Positions 61,465 to 64,000 of a stretch of DNA of 64,000 bases are shown here, piece after piece. The stretch is from Eledone cirrhosa. Its lineage: Eukaryota. Each line of letters starts with the position of its first letter. Position 1 is the stretch's first letter. Location: positions 26,722,001 to 26,786,000 of the forward strand of contig OZ024742.1 in NCBI GenBank assembly GCA_964016885.1. The letters run 5' to 3'. A program made the translations under genes and the position numbers. Below the pieces are notes generated by a model, which worked only from the letters and a program-made list of their open reading frames with translations, made no database searches and was not told the DNA's origin.

Positions 61465-62264
61465 ATATGAATAAAGTTAGTCTTCATCAGTGATCTTCCA
61501 ACTTTCATTGGTAGTTCATCGCTTTAAAGACCATATAATTGTAGACAAGAGAGAATTAAAGGAACAACCAACCTGGTCAAGTGTGCGCGGGGAAAGAATT
61601 TCGCACAGGTCAAAAGGGAGGAAGTAGGAGAGGGATTGCAACCACGCACCACATCTTGTTTTCAAATTCACACATATATTTTCCTCCGCTGTGATCCGTC
61701 TTTTTCATTCTTACTGCTTCCTCTTTCTCGGTATCTTTCACCTCCCTTTACCCTCTCTAACAGTCACTCTCTCTGTTAGCCTCTTCCTCACCCTTAACTC
61801 ACTCGCTCACTGCTACCCCCTCTCCTACTTCCTCCCGTTTGACATGTGCGGAATTCTTTCCTCGCGCACACTTGACCAGGTTGGGTGTTCCTTTTTTTCT
61901 CTCTTGTCTACGATTTCACAGAACTTCTGTTTACCGAATTCAGGGACTAGCTTCCTTCTTCCTCCCGTTTGACCTGTGCGGAATTCTTTCCTTGCTCACA
62001 TTTCGACTAGGTTTGATGGTCTTTATTCTCTCTCGTCCACGATTTCACAGTACTTATATTCATAGAATTCTGGGACTTGACTCCTTCTTCCTCTCTTTTC
62101 GCTGCATTACCATCTTTAATTGTTTACAGTCGCGCTCGTTCCCCTTGTTTACGTGTCCCAACGACATTCTTTAGCCGTTGCTCGCACCAACCGGAGGTAT
62201 ATGGTCTTTAAAGCGATGAAATACCAATGAAGGTTGGAAGATCACTGATGAAGGACTAACTTTA

Positions 62265-62271
<7 letters not shown>
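61465..62271. repeat. Palindromic element with ~73-bp terminal inverted arms plus internal inverted and tandem subrepeats
   Basis: 61465-61537 is inverted at 62198-62271; 61541-61634 is inverted at 61818-61911; diverged tandem copy at about 61950-62050. Confidence 0.8.
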
Positions 62272-62310
<39 letters not shown>

Positions 62311-62319
<9 letters not shown>

Positions 62320-63634
62320 ATATGTATGTGATGAAACACAGATACCAACACATCTGTATATATATTGCAAAAGAAAAATTTAGCCAGATTGAAGTATACT
62401 AATTATTATACTACAGTTTGTCCATTTCGATTTAAAATAATAAATCAACAAAGACAAACTGCATTGCCAAGAGGCTATGATGTTTAGACACATTTAAATT
62501 TCAAAATCAAACCTGTTCCGTAGATAAGTTTAAAATTTAAAATCCAAATAGGTTTCGAGATAAATAAGTGTAGGAATATCATGTCCTGCCCTCCTCAGTA
62601 AACATCCAGGGACAAATTGATATGCTTCACTTCTAAATAATTTAAAAGACTGCGTGACGCACATGGTTTAACAGTATCTAGCTAGTCTCATAACCGTACT
62701 GCTAGAAATAACAGTCGTATATATGAGGCGGCTTTCAGCTCAGACTAGGAGCAGTTATATTAATAAGGTAATGAATTCTTTTACAATGGAATTAGCTCGA
62801 AGGAGGAAAATACCCACTGAGCCGTGTATAAACTAATATGTATGTGATGAAACACAGATACCAACACATCTGTATATATATTTCAAAAGAAAAATTTAGC
62901 CAGATTGAAGTATACTAACTATTATACTACAGTTTGTCCATTTCGATTTAAAATAATAAATCAACAAAGACGAACTGCATTGCCAAGAGGCTATGATGTT
63001 TAGACACATTTAAATTTCAAAATCAAACCTGTTCCGTAGATAAGTTTAGTTTATACACGGCTCAGTGGGTATTTTCCTCCTTCGAGCTAATTCCATTGTA
63101 AAAGAATTCATTACCTTATTAATATAACTGCTCCTAGTCTGAGCTGAAAGCCGCCTCATATATACGACTGTTATTTCTAGCAGTACGGTTATGAGACTAG
63201 CTAGATACTGTTAAACCATGTGCGTCACGCAATCTTTTAAATTATTTAAAAGTGAAGCATATCAATGTATCCCTGGATGTTTACTGAGGAGAGCAGGACA
63301 TGATATTCCTATACTTATTTATCTCGAAACATATTTGGATTTTAAAGTTTAAACTTATCTACGGAACAGGTTTGATTTTGAAATTTAAATGTGTCTAAAC
63401 ATCATAGCCTCTTGGCAATGCAGTTCGTCTTTGTTGATTTATTATTTTAAATCGAAATGGACAAACTGTAGTATAATAATTAGTATACTTCAATCTGGCT
63501 AAATTTTTCTTTTGCAATATATATACAGATGTGTTGGTATCTGTGTTTCATCACATACATATTAGTTTATACACGGCTCAGTGGGTATTTTCCTCCTTCG
63601 AGCTAATTCCATTGTAAAAGAATTCATTACCTTA

Positions 63635-63640
<6 letters not shown>
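62311..63640. repeat. Partial tandem plus inverted array of a 516-bp unit between (TA)n tracts
   Basis: Unit restarts at 62311 and 62827 (forward to 63047); reverse-complement restarts at 63046 and 63562 (to 63640). Confidence 0.9.
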
Positions 63641-63688
<48 letters not shown>

Positions 63689-63721
63689 TATGTTTTGAAA
63701 CAGTGAGCGAGTTTGAAATTA

Positions 63722-63830
63722 GAAATATAAGCTTTCACCGTATTTTTGACTAAATACATTTTTAGACTGATAGTTAGAATCTCAGGCTAAACATTCCTTT
63801 AGTCAAAAATACGGTGAAAGCTTATATTTC
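63722..63830. repeat. Perfect 33-bp inverted repeat with 43-bp spacer
   Basis: gaaatataagctttcaccgtatttttgactaaa at 63722-63754 and its reverse complement at 63798-63830. Confidence 0.9.
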
Positions 63831-63889
<59 letters not shown>

Positions 63890-63890
63890 A

Positions 63891-63951
<61 letters not shown>

Positions 63952-64000
63952 GTGTGTGTGTGTGCATAAATGCTCACACAGAGTTATAAATGCATATAAC

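Overview
AT-rich, microsatellite-dense eukaryotic DNA with no recognisable host exon. The tRNA-derived SINE resembles octopod cephalopod SINEs from memory, so the host assignment is inference. Nearly all non-simple sequence is transposon-derived. The centre (37.2-56.2 kb) is a nested stack of non-LTR retrotransposons. An RTE element with three C-terminal C2H2 fingers has an (ATT)n tract in its 3' UTR that holds two near-identical full-length head-to-tail Tx1-clade LINEs (6055-bp period). Two non-autonomous RTE derivatives follow, each starting after the previous (ATGT)n tail, and a near-intact R4/Dong-like RLE element sits antisense inside one of those tails. Elsewhere are four Penelope-like (GIY-YIG) fragments next to (TA)n with hammerhead motifs and fold-back junctions, and a sister Tx1 fragment in (GATA)n. 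There are also SINEs whose 3' end lines up with the Tx1 3' end, mariner, CRE-like, CR1/L2 and Helitron relics, and several palindromic elements. The best candidate system is a set of microsatellite-targeting retroelements in which each element's tail creates the landing site for itself or another family.
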